A stretch of 64,000 nucleotides of DNA from IMG/VR virus record IMGVR_UViG_3300008110_000030, positions 62,001-126,000 of that record; one strand, 5' to 3'. Positions 49,773 to 59,522 of this stretch are shown here, one piece after another. The translations under genes were made by a program, and so were the position numbers. The notes beneath the pieces are model-generated. The model was not told where the DNA came from. It did not search any database and worked only from the letters and a program-made list of their open reading frames with translations. Within the stretch, counting starts at the first letter, position 1, and each line of letters begins with the position of its first letter.

Positions 49773-50201
49773 ATGCCAGCACTAAGCGAAACACTACTTT
49801 TTACATCGGGTACGGATTCAAACGGAAACCCAAATAAAACATCGAGTCTAACATATCCATCTGGGGTAAGTGGCGCTCAAACATATTATAGTGACAAAAT
49901 CAAGGGCGAAGGTTATTACGGTGGAAACGGCTTACATACCGGCGGGTACACTCCATGGCCTGAATCTAATCTAGTTAACCCTGGTGAGAACAATAACTTT
50001 AGAGGCGCCATACAGCTTCAAGCAAGTCTAGTAACAAATCCAGCAGAATCTGATTGGTTTGCTATTGTTGGTACAGATGCTACGTTTGATGGCACAGATC
50101 AATCCAATAGATTTCTTAATTTTGTAGGTAATTTTGTTTGGATTCGTGCAAAAGTTGTTATAACACAAGGCGTTTTAACGTCAATTCAAGTCAATCACTA
50201 A
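49773..50201 (+). CDS. probable virion protein
   Basis: TAAATA 7 nt upstream; KGEGYYG, LQASL...P...DWF, NFVGNFVWIRA. Confidence 0.6.
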   Translation: MPALSETLLFTSGTDSNGNPNKTSSLTYPSGVSGAQTYYSDKIKGEGYYGGNGLHTGGYTPWPESNLVNPGENNNFRGAIQLQASLVTNPAESDWFAIVGTDATFDGTDQSNRFLNFVGNFVWIRAKVVITQGVLTSIQVNH

Positions 50202-50284
50202 TATTGGTACTAGCTCAATTCAAATAAATACATGATAGTTAAAATCATGGTACCTTTACCATGGGTGAGTAAGGCACATATATC

Positions 50285-50653
50285 ATGAAATTATTTGAAT
50301 TTTTTAGTCAGAATACAACTGAACCAGAAGAGAAAGAAAATGACGACCAAATACGTAAGGACGTCATGGCCTTTATACTCGATGATAATGACATCTATCG
50401 AGAGAAACTTCTCCCACTGATCCACAAGCACAATAAGAACGTTAAAGATGAAGATTTACGTAAAGATTACGTAAAAGTTATCAACGACTGTTGCATCGAA
50501 TTTTATAAAGAAAAAGAATTAAAAACAGATCCAAACAAACTTTTTCCAAAAGCAATGAGAAATGAGATGATAAAACAACTCATTAAGATCAATAAAGAAA
50601 ATATTACTACAAAGAAGAATAAAAAAGATGAAGATACGAGATCTGTTATTTGA
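50285..50653 (+). CDS. hypothetical protein with MKLFEFF leader
   Basis: First gene of the leader-tagged array; TAAATA at 50225. Confidence 0.65.
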   Translation: MKLFEFFSQNTTEPEEKENDDQIRKDVMAFILDDNDIYREKLLPLIHKHNKNVKDEDLRKDYVKVINDCCIEFYKEKELKTDPNKLFPKAMRNEMIKQLIKINKENITTKKNKKDEDTRSVI

Positions 50654-51014
50654 AGGTAGGATTGATCCTACTCTTTTAAATCATTTTCTTAAACACTGTT
50701 CTGAAGAATTGGGTCTTGAATCGTTACCTAAAATTAATCTCATAGATAACAAAGAATATTCAGTAACACACAAATCATTTGGCGGTTATCAGCCAGGCGA
50801 AAAATCAATAATTTTATCCACTAAGGATAGACACCCAGTTGATGTGTTTAGAACACTAGCACATGAACTAACTCACTATAAACAAGATTTAGACGGACAA
50901 CTTGAAGGGGACGATGTTGGTGCCACAGGTAGTCCAGAAGAAAATGAAGCTAATTCTGTTGCAGGCGTAATAATGCGTAACTTTGGTCAGAAGTTTCCAG
51001 AAGTATTTGAATAA
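50628..51014 (+). CDS. zincin-like metallopeptidase domain with MKIRDLLFE leader
   Basis: RTLAHELTH (HExxH) and downstream ENEAN. Confidence 0.7.
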   Translation: MKIRDLLFEGRIDPTLLNHFLKHCSEELGLESLPKINLIDNKEYSVTHKSFGGYQPGEKSIILSTKDRHPVDVFRTLAHELTHYKQDLDGQLEGDDVGATGSPEENEANSVAGVIMRNFGQKFPEVFE

Positions 51015-51022
51015 GGACCATC

Positions 51023-52036
51023 ATGCGTATTAAAGATCTATTTGAAGGCGGGTGGGATACTACCAAAACACAAAACACTGTACTACATCCTAAAATTGTA
51101 AGTGTTGCCTTATCTGTAGTAGATCGATTTGTTGTTGATTTCAATAACTTTATTAAAAATAAAAACGTTGGTCAAATTAAACGTGGAAGACCAACAGGTA
51201 GCAGTGCATACCATGAACAAGACGCCATTGAAAGACCAGATACAATTTATGGCGATATTGATTTACAAATGATTGCACCGCCAGTTGAAGGATTAACTTA
51301 CGGACAGTTTAGTGGTTATTGGAATAAACTAGCAGATGATTTTGTTAAGACTGCAAATCCTGCGTATGTAGACACAACTGAAAGCAAACCTGGTCATCCA
51401 ATTTTCCAAGTTGGTAAACAAGACTATGTTCAAATTGACTTTATGTGGCATGAGCAAAAAATGGCGGATTGGGGTGCTACTCGTGTAACTCCAGAACGTG
51501 GTATCAAAGGTTTACTGTCAGGTAACATGTACAGTGTATTTGGTGAAATACTTGACATGAGTATTCAACATGCTGGAGTACAACTTAAAGTAATTGATGA
51601 CCAACGTGTGCCGTTTAGTAAACAAAAAGATACACAAATAATCACAGTGACAACAAATCCAAAAACATTTATATTAGATGTGTTTATGTATTTGGCCAAA
51701 CGTATGGGCGTGAACAATCCAAGAATTGATCCCATGCTCAAACAGTTCTCTGGCAACGACATTAACGATGTTAAAATAAGCAAACTAGTTAATGGTATGA
51801 AGGGATTTGCCTCAAGTGCAGAAGCAAGTGGTATGTTTGGTAAAGGTGATTTACAAAATTTTAACTCTGCACAAGATTTTATGAATAAGTTTTGGCAACG
51901 TTACGAAGAAAAAGCACAAATTGACATTGCTGGTAAAAAGCGTGACAAAGCACAAACCCCAGATGCTATTGCACGTGCCAATGCAGACAGAGAAAAGATC
52001 CAAAAAGGTCTAGATATGGTTAAAGGATATTTCTAA
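51023..52036 (+). CDS. Pol-beta-superfamily nucleotidyltransferase with MRIKDLFE leader
   Basis: PTGSS...YGDIDL and third acidic residue in VQIDF. Confidence 0.65.
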   Translation: MRIKDLFEGGWDTTKTQNTVLHPKIVSVALSVVDRFVVDFNNFIKNKNVGQIKRGRPTGSSAYHEQDAIERPDTIYGDIDLQMIAPPVEGLTYGQFSGYWNKLADDFVKTANPAYVDTTESKPGHPIFQVGKQDYVQIDFMWHEQKMADWGATRVTPERGIKGLLSGNMYSVFGEILDMSIQHAGVQLKVIDDQRVPFSKQKDTQIITVTTNPKTFILDVFMYLAKRMGVNNPRIDPMLKQFSGNDINDVKISKLVNGMKGFASSAEASGMFGKGDLQNFNSAQDFMNKFWQRYEEKAQIDIAGKKRDKAQTPDAIARANADREKIQKGLDMVKGYF

Positions 52037-52413
52037 TGAGAGCAAAAGAATTTATAACTGAAATTAAGGCAGGAGCAATATCTAAACGACAAGGCATGTC
52101 AACTACTGGTATAAATTTATATACTGATGCTGAAAGACGAAACAGCGACTATGTGTCATATCGTTTAGGTATGGCAGTTGCTTGTACAGATGGTACAAAC
52201 GATCCTGATATGGATGCTAAAAGTTGGGTTGACAAAAGTAAGACTACTCACCCATATACACCCCAAGAACAAGAAATGCTTAAAAAAGCCTACAAGGCAG
52301 TAGGAGCAAAATGGAAAGATTTAAATCACGGAGATTTAACTAGTCAAGAATTAAAAACAACCAACGTTGTTAGTCCAGTTGCAAAACCTAAACGAAACAA
52401 ATACGGCGTGTAA
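52036..52413 (+). CDS. hypothetical protein with MRAKEFITE leader
   Basis: TAATG coupling; YRLGMAVA, SPVAKPKRNKYGV. Confidence 0.7.
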   Translation: MRAKEFITEIKAGAISKRQGMSTTGINLYTDAERRNSDYVSYRLGMAVACTDGTNDPDMDAKSWVDKSKTTHPYTPQEQEMLKKAYKAVGAKWKDLNHGDLTSQELKTTNVVSPVAKPKRNKYGV

Positions 52414-52425
52414 TGAGAGTTAAAA

Positions 52426-53265
52426 ATGAAAATATTTGAACTGTTAATTGAAAGTGGTAAAAGGCTTGCTAGTCAAGGAGTTGAAGTCTCTAGAGTAAAC
52501 AAAGACGACTTTGTTGCCGCTAAAAATGTTTTAAATCCTATTCTAATCAAAGCAGGAATTAAAGCAGGATGGACTGCTGGCGGTGCTGGTAGTTTTGATC
52601 CTGAACACGACTATGGTGGTGGTGGAAGAGAAGACAGCGGTGATATTGACATTATGATTGACCCTGCAGAACTAGTAGGACGTTTTCCACCCAATGTTGA
52701 AGCATACAATGCCGCAAGTGCAAAACCAATCGGTCCAAAAGCTATGGCCAACGCTATGGCAGATCCAGCTAAAAAAGCCAAGATAGAAATGAGTGCTAGT
52801 AAATGGGCACTGGCTGACTTTATGACAAAAAATGGTTTTAGAACCGACCCAGGAACGCTAACTGTTGAATATACCGCTAGTGGGAAAAGTTTTTCAGTTG
52901 ACTTGATTATACGTCCAAGAAATGCTTGGCCACTACATACTCATGATTTTGCAACTGATCCAAAAATGCGTGGTGGAGATTTATGGATTAACATGTATCC
53001 TGTGTTAGCTAAACTTGCTAGTAAGACAGTTTTTACTGATCCAAAAACTGGTGAAGAAAAAGGCAATATACAATTTAGTCCTGATAAAGGCTTAGTGGAC
53101 AGAGATACTAATAAAGTAATTGCCATTGATAAAAATGACATTGCCAAAATTTTATTAGGTCCACAATTTAGTGCAAAGGATTTGTCAAGTATGACAGGTA
53201 TTAGAAATGCGTTATCTAAACAACCTGAAAAGTTGTCAAAACTACCACAGCCACAAGAGCAATAA
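52426..53265 (+). CDS. Pol-beta-superfamily nucleotidyltransferase with MKIFELLIE leader
   Basis: GGAGS...DSGDIDI and third acidic residue in FSVDL. Confidence 0.65.
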   Translation: MKIFELLIESGKRLASQGVEVSRVNKDDFVAAKNVLNPILIKAGIKAGWTAGGAGSFDPEHDYGGGGREDSGDIDIMIDPAELVGRFPPNVEAYNAASAKPIGPKAMANAMADPAKKAKIEMSASKWALADFMTKNGFRTDPGTLTVEYTASGKSFSVDLIIRPRNAWPLHTHDFATDPKMRGGDLWINMYPVLAKLASKTVFTDPKTGEEKGNIQFSPDKGLVDRDTNKVIAIDKNDIAKILLGPQFSAKDLSSMTGIRNALSKQPEKLSKLPQPQEQ

Positions 53266-53273
53266 ATACAGTT

Positions 53274-55682
53274 ATGAATTTATTTGAACTTTTTTCACCC
53301 ACTAAACAAGCTATTATGGAAGGCATTGACCATCCAGAAGATCTCATTATCTCACAAGGTAGTGCAGGTGCTGACAGGGTATTAAAAGATTTAGCAAGTT
53401 TGGAAAAAGATCCAAACACAGTTACAGTCAAGTGGGACGGATTCCCAGCAGTTGTGTTTGGTAGAGACAAGGGCGGAAACTTAGTGTTTATGGATAAACA
53501 CATGTACGAAAAAGTAGCCTCTGGAAAAATGGACTTTATGTCTATTAAAGATTATGACGAAAGTCGTGGTGCTAATCGTACAAGTTTGATTGATCAAGAA
53601 AGTATTATACGTCCGCTATTAAGTAAAATAGTTCCTAACGTCAAAGATCAATATTGGATGGGTGACTTGATGTGGACTGGTACGCCGCCAGTTAGTAATG
53701 GCGCATTTGTGTTTAAACCAAACACTGTAGAATATCAAGTTGATATAGATCAAACTCCAGGCGTTGGAGATTCATTAAGCGATAACATTGCCAGAAGTGG
53801 GGCAGGAATTGCAGTGCATACTTTTATTCCTGGTTTAGGTCAGCCTGATCAACCACTTGTTGGACTTAAAGGTTTGCCAGAAGATGCTGGTATTACTTTC
53901 CTAGTTGGAGAGATGAAGGACAAGCCACGTGTTGCAATTAATCCTGAACTATTAAATCAAACACAACAAATAATTAATTCTAATAGAAGTGCTGTAGACA
54001 AGTTTTTTGTTGACTTAACTGCAATGAAGGGCAAGAGCGTTATAACTGCTATGGGTCCGTTCATTACACGTATGTTAGAAGACAATGACATCAAAGGTGA
54101 CATTGTTCCTAGATTCTTAGAGTTTTTAGGCGAACGTTTAACTGACAGTGCTAAACAAAAAATGTTAGGCACAAATAAAGATGGTTGGCTTTACCAAGAA
54201 CAGGGCGGTGCTCCTGGACTACTTGGCATTTGGACTATGTGGGCCGCAATTACTGAATTAAAATTAAACGTTAAACAACAAATTGACACACAACAGCAAG
54301 GTAGTAAAATACGTGCTGTTACTGATGGTATCAATGCACATGAAGGTTACGTGTTTGGTGCAGGTAAAGACAAATTAAAACTAGTTGATCGATTAGGATT
54401 CAGCAGAGCAAACTTTGCTAAACACAAAGTTAGTGATGAAGAAGTAGCTGAAAAAAGTAAAATGCCGCTAGCTGTTTTTTGCTTTGGTCGTATGAACCCG
54501 CCAACAATGGGACACGGACTTGTTTTAAATAAAACAGTTGAACTTGGCAAACAAAATGCATTTGTATTTTTAAGCAATAGTGTTGACCCAACAGATAATC
54601 CACTATCGCCAGCAATAAAAGCAAAATTTATTGAACAAATTTATCCTACTACTAAAGGTCATATTGTTACAGATTTTGTACAAAGTCCAATATATGCTGC
54701 CAACTGGCTGTATAGTAAAGGTTATCGTAACATGGCATTTGTTGCTGGTAGTGACCGACTAGGAAAAGAAAAAGGTAGTATTGAAAAACTACTTAGTAGT
54801 TGGAACAGTGGACCAGTTAGAAGTACTGATCCAGCTGGCGCTAGAGACTTTGTAAATATGCAGTACATAAGTGCAGGAGATAGAGATCCTGACGGTGAAG
54901 GAGTTACTGGCTACAGTGGAACTAAAGCTCGTCAAGCAGTGACTGCGAACAATGAACAACAGTTTCAAAATTATACTGGAATTGGTAGCGACATTGTGGT
55001 TAACGGAAAAACGTTATACCAGTCAGTCAAAGAAGGTATGGGCATAAGAGACCAGGCACTAGCGCAACCTGCTGTTGTTAAACAACCTGCAACGCCAAAT
55101 GTACAAGTAACTAAAAAGATTCCAGGAAAAGCACCAGCACAGGAGTTGGACACAATGAATGAAACTACCTTAAAAAATAAGGAAGATTTACAAGCAAAAC
55201 GTAAAGCATTACAAGATATTCAGATGGATAAACATACACATAAGGATCCACAATTGAGTGCTGAATTAGCTAGACGCAAAGCATCTTTAGAGCGTGAAGC
55301 AAAGAAAAAAGGTATTGCTGAATCAATTGTTGAGTCAATTGGTATTTTAGAAGAACAACAAAATTTCTTAAGAAGACAAAAGTTAAATGAGGCACCAATT
55401 GAAATGGATCCACAAAATCCAAATGATCCAATGGTTATGCCTCCTGGACTTAATCCAGGTAAATTAAGTTATCGAAAACAACGAGCTGCCGCACAATTAG
55501 CAGATTTAGCTCGTATGGCTTCGCAGGCAAATGAAAAGAATAGTGCTATAATGTGGGATAGTATTGTTAGACATTTTCCAGAATTGGAAACAAACATTCG
55601 TAGCATACAACATGGTATGCAAGAATTAGAAAAAGTGCGTCGTGCAGGCGGCAAACGAAGCAAGGGAATTGAAAAAATATGA
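53274..55682 (+). CDS. fusion of an RNA-ligase-like (KxDG) domain and a HIGH-superfamily nucleotidyltransferase, with charged C-terminal modules
   Basis: VKWDG, MGDL, HEGYV, KLVDR; then FGRMNPPTMGH, NPLS, VAGSDR, YSGTKAR; MNLFELF leader; TAAATA at 53263. Confidence 0.7.
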   Translation: MNLFELFSPTKQAIMEGIDHPEDLIISQGSAGADRVLKDLASLEKDPNTVTVKWDGFPAVVFGRDKGGNLVFMDKHMYEKVASGKMDFMSIKDYDESRGANRTSLIDQESIIRPLLSKIVPNVKDQYWMGDLMWTGTPPVSNGAFVFKPNTVEYQVDIDQTPGVGDSLSDNIARSGAGIAVHTFIPGLGQPDQPLVGLKGLPEDAGITFLVGEMKDKPRVAINPELLNQTQQIINSNRSAVDKFFVDLTAMKGKSVITAMGPFITRMLEDNDIKGDIVPRFLEFLGERLTDSAKQKMLGTNKDGWLYQEQGGAPGLLGIWTMWAAITELKLNVKQQIDTQQQGSKIRAVTDGINAHEGYVFGAGKDKLKLVDRLGFSRANFAKHKVSDEEVAEKSKMPLAVFCFGRMNPPTMGHGLVLNKTVELGKQNAFVFLSNSVDPTDNPLSPAIKAKFIEQIYPTTKGHIVTDFVQSPIYAANWLYSKGYRNMAFVAGSDRLGKEKGSIEKLLSSWNSGPVRSTDPAGARDFVNMQYISAGDRDPDGEGVTGYSGTKARQAVTANNEQQFQNYTGIGSDIVVNGKTLYQSVKEGMGIRDQALAQPAVVKQPATPNVQVTKKIPGKAPAQELDTMNETTLKNKEDLQAKRKALQDIQMDKHTHKDPQLSAELARRKASLEREAKKKGIAESIVESIGILEEQQNFLRRQKLNEAPIEMDPQNPNDPMVMPPGLNPGKLSYRKQRAAAQLADLARMASQANEKNSAIMWDSIVRHFPELETNIRSIQHGMQELEKVRRAGGKRSKGIEKI

Positions 55683-56740
55683 AAATTACACAACTTTTAG
55701 ACGAAGCAAAAAAAGGTGTTAAGGCACCTAAGCATACTGTCAAACCTAGAAACTTTGTAGCTAAAAACGCTATAGCCACTACTAGTGGTGCTGGCGCACA
55801 CAAGGATAAAAAGAAAGCCGCTAAACAAGGCGATGTTAAGCACAAAGGCAAAGAGCTTGCTGAAGATACTCGTGCCGAGTTAGCTTTTAAAGATTTAGAT
55901 GCAGAAATATCAGGCGACAGTACCAATGTATCTGATCTAGAACAACGAGCATCAGCATTAAGAAAACAAATGCCTGTGCAAAAACCAACTCGAGTAGCTG
56001 ACTTACCAGATGTTGATCAATACGAAAATGCAAAAAGATTTGGAAAATTTAATGGATCATACGGGGATTGGTTAAAAAATAAAGGCATGAAAGAAAATAC
56101 ATTGCAAGGTGTGGAGGAAGAAAAACAAAAAGGTGTTGATGGCAAGGCCTGTTGGAAAGGCTACAAGCGCATGGGCACCAAGAAGAAAGGTGGCAAGACA
56201 GTAGACAACTGTGTGCCTATGAATGAGAGTTTTGATCCCGAGTATGATGACGAAGCTGGTATGGCAGACAATAACCTTGAAACTTTAAAAAGAGCAGTAG
56301 AAGGTTTAGACGACATGATTAACGAAGGCGACAACTTGCCTGAATGGTGTCAAGAAAAAATTGCAGTAGCAAAAAGCATGTTAATCTCAGTTTGGGACTA
56401 TATGCAAAGTGAAGAAAATAGTATGTCTGAAAATCAAAGAAATCCTGATCTAATGAGTCAAACTGATTATGATCGATATCAACAAGGTCAAATGGACCAA
56501 CAAAAGCGTGACTTTAAACGTGACGAACTAGAACATGAACTTGGCCATGAAGAGCAAGGCATGTACTATGTTGTAATTGCAAAGAATGGCAAATGGGAAC
56601 ACACTAAAGCGCAGCCTAGACAAGAAGGAATGAATGCCGCACAAAGAATTATTAATGCGTTACATTCAAAATATCCTAGTATGCACTTGGGCATGGTTGG
56701 TCCAGACGGCAAAGTATATAATTATGGTAAGGGCAAATAA
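55679..56740 (+). CDS. modular charged protein with MKITQLLDE leader (probable internal head protein)
   Basis: Short unrelated modules separated by hydrophobic-x-E motifs. Confidence 0.65.
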   Translation: MKITQLLDEAKKGVKAPKHTVKPRNFVAKNAIATTSGAGAHKDKKKAAKQGDVKHKGKELAEDTRAELAFKDLDAEISGDSTNVSDLEQRASALRKQMPVQKPTRVADLPDVDQYENAKRFGKFNGSYGDWLKNKGMKENTLQGVEEEKQKGVDGKACWKGYKRMGTKKKGGKTVDNCVPMNESFDPEYDDEAGMADNNLETLKRAVEGLDDMINEGDNLPEWCQEKIAVAKSMLISVWDYMQSEENSMSENQRNPDLMSQTDYDRYQQGQMDQQKRDFKRDELEHELGHEEQGMYYVVIAKNGKWEHTKAQPRQEGMNAAQRIINALHSKYPSMHLGMVGPDGKVYNYGKGK

Positions 56741-56742
56741 AA

Positions 56743-57177
56743 ATGGATAAGCTACAACTAGCATTAAAAACAGCATTTGCAAGTGAATATTCATTTGCCT
56801 TAAAAGCACAAAATTTCCATTGGAATGTAGAGGGCATGTTCTTTACACAGTTTCATGATTTGTTTGGTGACATTTATACTGAAGTTTATGGAAACATTGA
56901 TGCGTTTGCAGAAAATATTAGAAAAGCAAGAGCATACACCCCAGCAAGTTTAACACGCTTTAGTATGTTAAGTGTTATTCAAGATGAAACAGAAATATTA
57001 GAAGCACCAGAGATGTGTGCAGAACTTTTATCAGATTCTGATAAGATGGCTGAAATTCATAGATTAACTTTCCAGTTGTCTGAAGAAGCAGGTGAACACG
57101 GTCTTAGTGATTTTTTAGCTGGAAGACAAGATGCCTTCCGCAAACACTCTTGGATGTTAAGAGCCACATTGAAATGA
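56743..57177 (+). CDS. dps: Dps / ferritin-like DNA-protection protein
   Basis: AQNFHWNVEG..F..FH.LF...Y, D..AE.IR, KHSWML. Confidence 0.9.
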   Translation: MDKLQLALKTAFASEYSFALKAQNFHWNVEGMFFTQFHDLFGDIYTEVYGNIDAFAENIRKARAYTPASLTRFSMLSVIQDETEILEAPEMCAELLSDSDKMAEIHRLTFQLSEEAGEHGLSDFLAGRQDAFRKHSWMLRATLK

Positions 57178-57224
57178 AGATCAAAGAATTATTAGAACAT
57201 AAACAAACGCATGAAACAATATAG
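57174..57224 (+). other. orphan 16-codon ORF consisting of the array leader (MKIKELLEHKQTHETI)
   Basis: ATGA overlap with the dps stop; matches the leader consensus. Confidence 0.5.
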
Positions 57225-57504
57225 AATTACTACTGATAATATTGTTAATGACAGTCCTGATGATTGTTATTTAGATCCTACTGACCCTTTGAATGAGATA
57301 AAGGCTCTACAATATCTTGGTGGTATCAATTCGTTAAATAGACTACAAGAGTACAAAGGTATGCAAGGTAGTAATATTAGTGCAACTGGCTCAGAGAAGG
57401 GAAGGCTACAGCGAGAAAACAATATTAAACCAGGAACTCCTGAATGGTTTAAATTGTGGTTTAGTTTACCGTATATGACTGGCGAGAGGCCTATTGAAAA
57501 ATGA
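57211..57504 (+). CDS. hypothetical protein
   Basis: IKPGTPEWFKLWF motif; ATGA overlap with the next gene. Confidence 0.65.
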   Translation: MKQYRITTDNIVNDSPDDCYLDPTDPLNEIKALQYLGGINSLNRLQEYKGMQGSNISATGSEKGRLQRENNIKPGTPEWFKLWFSLPYMTGERPIEK

Positions 57505-58655
57505 AAATAAGAGATTTATTAGAGTTATCAAAATCTAGTCCACTAGGCAAATTCATTGATAAAGTAGATACAGATTATTCTGTAGGGGCAACCACAGATA
57601 AGATTGGCAATGCAATTTCTAACGTTTTTAAAAATTATTCTAATGATAAAACAGATGCACCTACTAAAAGTGAAGTTCCTGTAACAGTAGCAAAACCTGC
57701 ATCAAGTTCAACTGCTGTAAGTTCTGAAGTTGTTGCTCAAGAATTAGATAGACAAGGAATCACTGACCCAAATTTAAGAAAATCAATTATGGGGAAATTT
57801 GGTCAAGAATCAGGCGGAAACACTAGAGTCACTGAAATTCCTTATAAGAATACAAGTAATGATATTATTAGATTAAGATTACCGCAACTTAGAAGTATGA
57901 GTGATAATGAATTAAATGATTTAAAACAAGATACAGAAAAATTTTTTAATAGGGCGTATGGATATAAAGGTAATTCGTTAAACAATACCGAACCAGGTGA
58001 TGGTTACAAATACAGGGGCCGTGGTCTAACTGGTATCACTGGTAAAGTAAATTACCAAAGAGCTGATGATGCATTAGGTTTAAAAGGCGAGCTAGTTAAA
58101 AATCCTGATCTACTATTAGATCCAGAAATTGATAAAAGAGCTTCTGTTTGGTTTTATAAGGCAGCTGGCGCGGATAAAGTAACTTTTGCCAATCAAGAAG
58201 ATGCTAATAAGTGGGCTATACACAAGGCTGGTGGGAACATGTATGCTCCTGGCACTGAGTTAGGAAATATCGCATTAAATGATTTGAATAAAAGAACGGC
58301 CGTAATTGGTGCGGTAGCTGCCACTGGGATTGTGGCAGGTCCAACTTTAGTAAGAAAAGCAGACACTGTAATAGATAGGGTTAAAAATCTCTTAGGCAAA
58401 ACAGCCGACAGTGCTAAATCAGTTGTAGGACAAACAGTAAACACTGCCAGAAATACTGCTATAGCAACTGCATTGGGTTCAGGATCTAGCAGTGGAAGTG
58501 GTGGAGGCTTTTATGGCGGAAGTGGATCAGCTCCAGAAGAACAAGAAGTGACATTAATAATTAATGGCAAACGTAAAAAATTTAAAAATAAAAGAGAAGC
58601 AAAAATTGCAATGGACATTGCAAGATCACAAGGGATAGATGCAAGATATGGGTAA
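57501..58655 (+). CDS. second GH19/lysozyme-like protein with MKIRDLLE leader (probable virion-associated muramidase)
   Basis: GQESGG, GDGYKYRGRGLTGITGKVNY, NPDLL. Confidence 0.75.
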   Translation: MKIRDLLELSKSSPLGKFIDKVDTDYSVGATTDKIGNAISNVFKNYSNDKTDAPTKSEVPVTVAKPASSSTAVSSEVVAQELDRQGITDPNLRKSIMGKFGQESGGNTRVTEIPYKNTSNDIIRLRLPQLRSMSDNELNDLKQDTEKFFNRAYGYKGNSLNNTEPGDGYKYRGRGLTGITGKVNYQRADDALGLKGELVKNPDLLLDPEIDKRASVWFYKAAGADKVTFANQEDANKWAIHKAGGNMYAPGTELGNIALNDLNKRTAVIGAVAATGIVAGPTLVRKADTVIDRVKNLLGKTADSAKSVVGQTVNTARNTAIATALGSGSSSGSGGGFYGGSGSAPEEQEVTLIINGKRKKFKNKREAKIAMDIARSQGIDARYG

Positions 58656-59256
58656 GCCAGAAGTTTATTTAGATATGGACGGAGTTATTGCAGACTTTTT
58701 TACAGAGTATGCTAAACTTGCGGGCATTGAATCAGGGAACTACAGAGATATTCCACCAGCAAAAACAGATCCTACATTAAACAAAATGATAGGTACAGAC
58801 TTCTTTGCACGTCTACCAAAATGCAGAAATGCAGATGCACTAGTAGACTTAATAGTAAAAACATTTGGTACTTATAATATTTGTTCAAGTCCTCTGCGTG
58901 GTGATCATGCAAACAGTGAAAAACAAAAAAAGATTTGGCTTGGCAACAATCTAAAATACCAACCTAAAGATGTTGTAATTACACCAAACAAAGCCAAATG
59001 GGCCAAACAAACAGATGGAACTCCTAACATTTTAATTGATGATAGAGGAAGTAACATTAGTTCATGGGAAGCCGCTGGTGGTATTGGTATCAAATATCAA
59101 GCAGACGAAGACAACTTACAAGTAATTGTACAAGGTATTAAAAGAGCATTTTCTGTTATAAAAGGTGAAGAGAAACACGACCCTCAAAAGTTAAAAAGTT
59201 TAGATCGTAGTAATGGTAATTTAATTGCTACTAGTGGTGATAAAGACGCCCATTAA
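58639..59256 (+). CDS. HAD-superfamily 5'(3')-deoxyribonucleotidase-like phosphatase
   Basis: YLDMDGVIADF, CSSP, K..W, ILIDD, W.AAGG.GI. Confidence 0.85.
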   Translation: MQDMGKPEVYLDMDGVIADFFTEYAKLAGIESGNYRDIPPAKTDPTLNKMIGTDFFARLPKCRNADALVDLIVKTFGTYNICSSPLRGDHANSEKQKKIWLGNNLKYQPKDVVITPNKAKWAKQTDGTPNILIDDRGSNISSWEAAGGIGIKYQADEDNLQVIVQGIKRAFSVIKGEEKHDPQKLKSLDRSNGNLIATSGDKDAH

Positions 59257-59265
59257 GGACATCAT

Positions 59266-59502
59266 ATGAAAATTCAAGAAATTATCACAGAAACTGCTAC
59301 AGCTGGATCAACAAGTGCTAGTAATATTGCTAGTACTGGAAACAGTCCACACGTTGCAGTTGGAAGCCCTGCAGTGATTAAACGATGGGGCGGAAGTCCT
59401 GGTAAAATGGGTAAAAGTCCAGAACCAGCTAAAACTAAGTCTCAAGACGCCGATGATAACCCTGTCACTAACCCAAGTGTCGGTAATAACCTAGTTGCAT
59501 AA
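59266..59502 (+). CDS. small protein with MKIQEIITE leader
   Basis: AAGGA RBS; ETATAGSTSASNIAS. Confidence 0.7.
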   Translation: MKIQEIITETATAGSTSASNIASTGNSPHVAVGSPAVIKRWGGSPGKMGKSPEPAKTKSQDADDNPVTNPSVGNNLVA

Positions 59503-59522
59503 ATATAGTATTGGAGAACAAA

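Noticed and set aside
51023-53265. Calling the two NTases CBASS CD-NTases or toxin-antitoxin MNTs
   Set aside because: Only the generic Pol-beta signature is visible, and no Cap effector or HEPN partner is adjacent.
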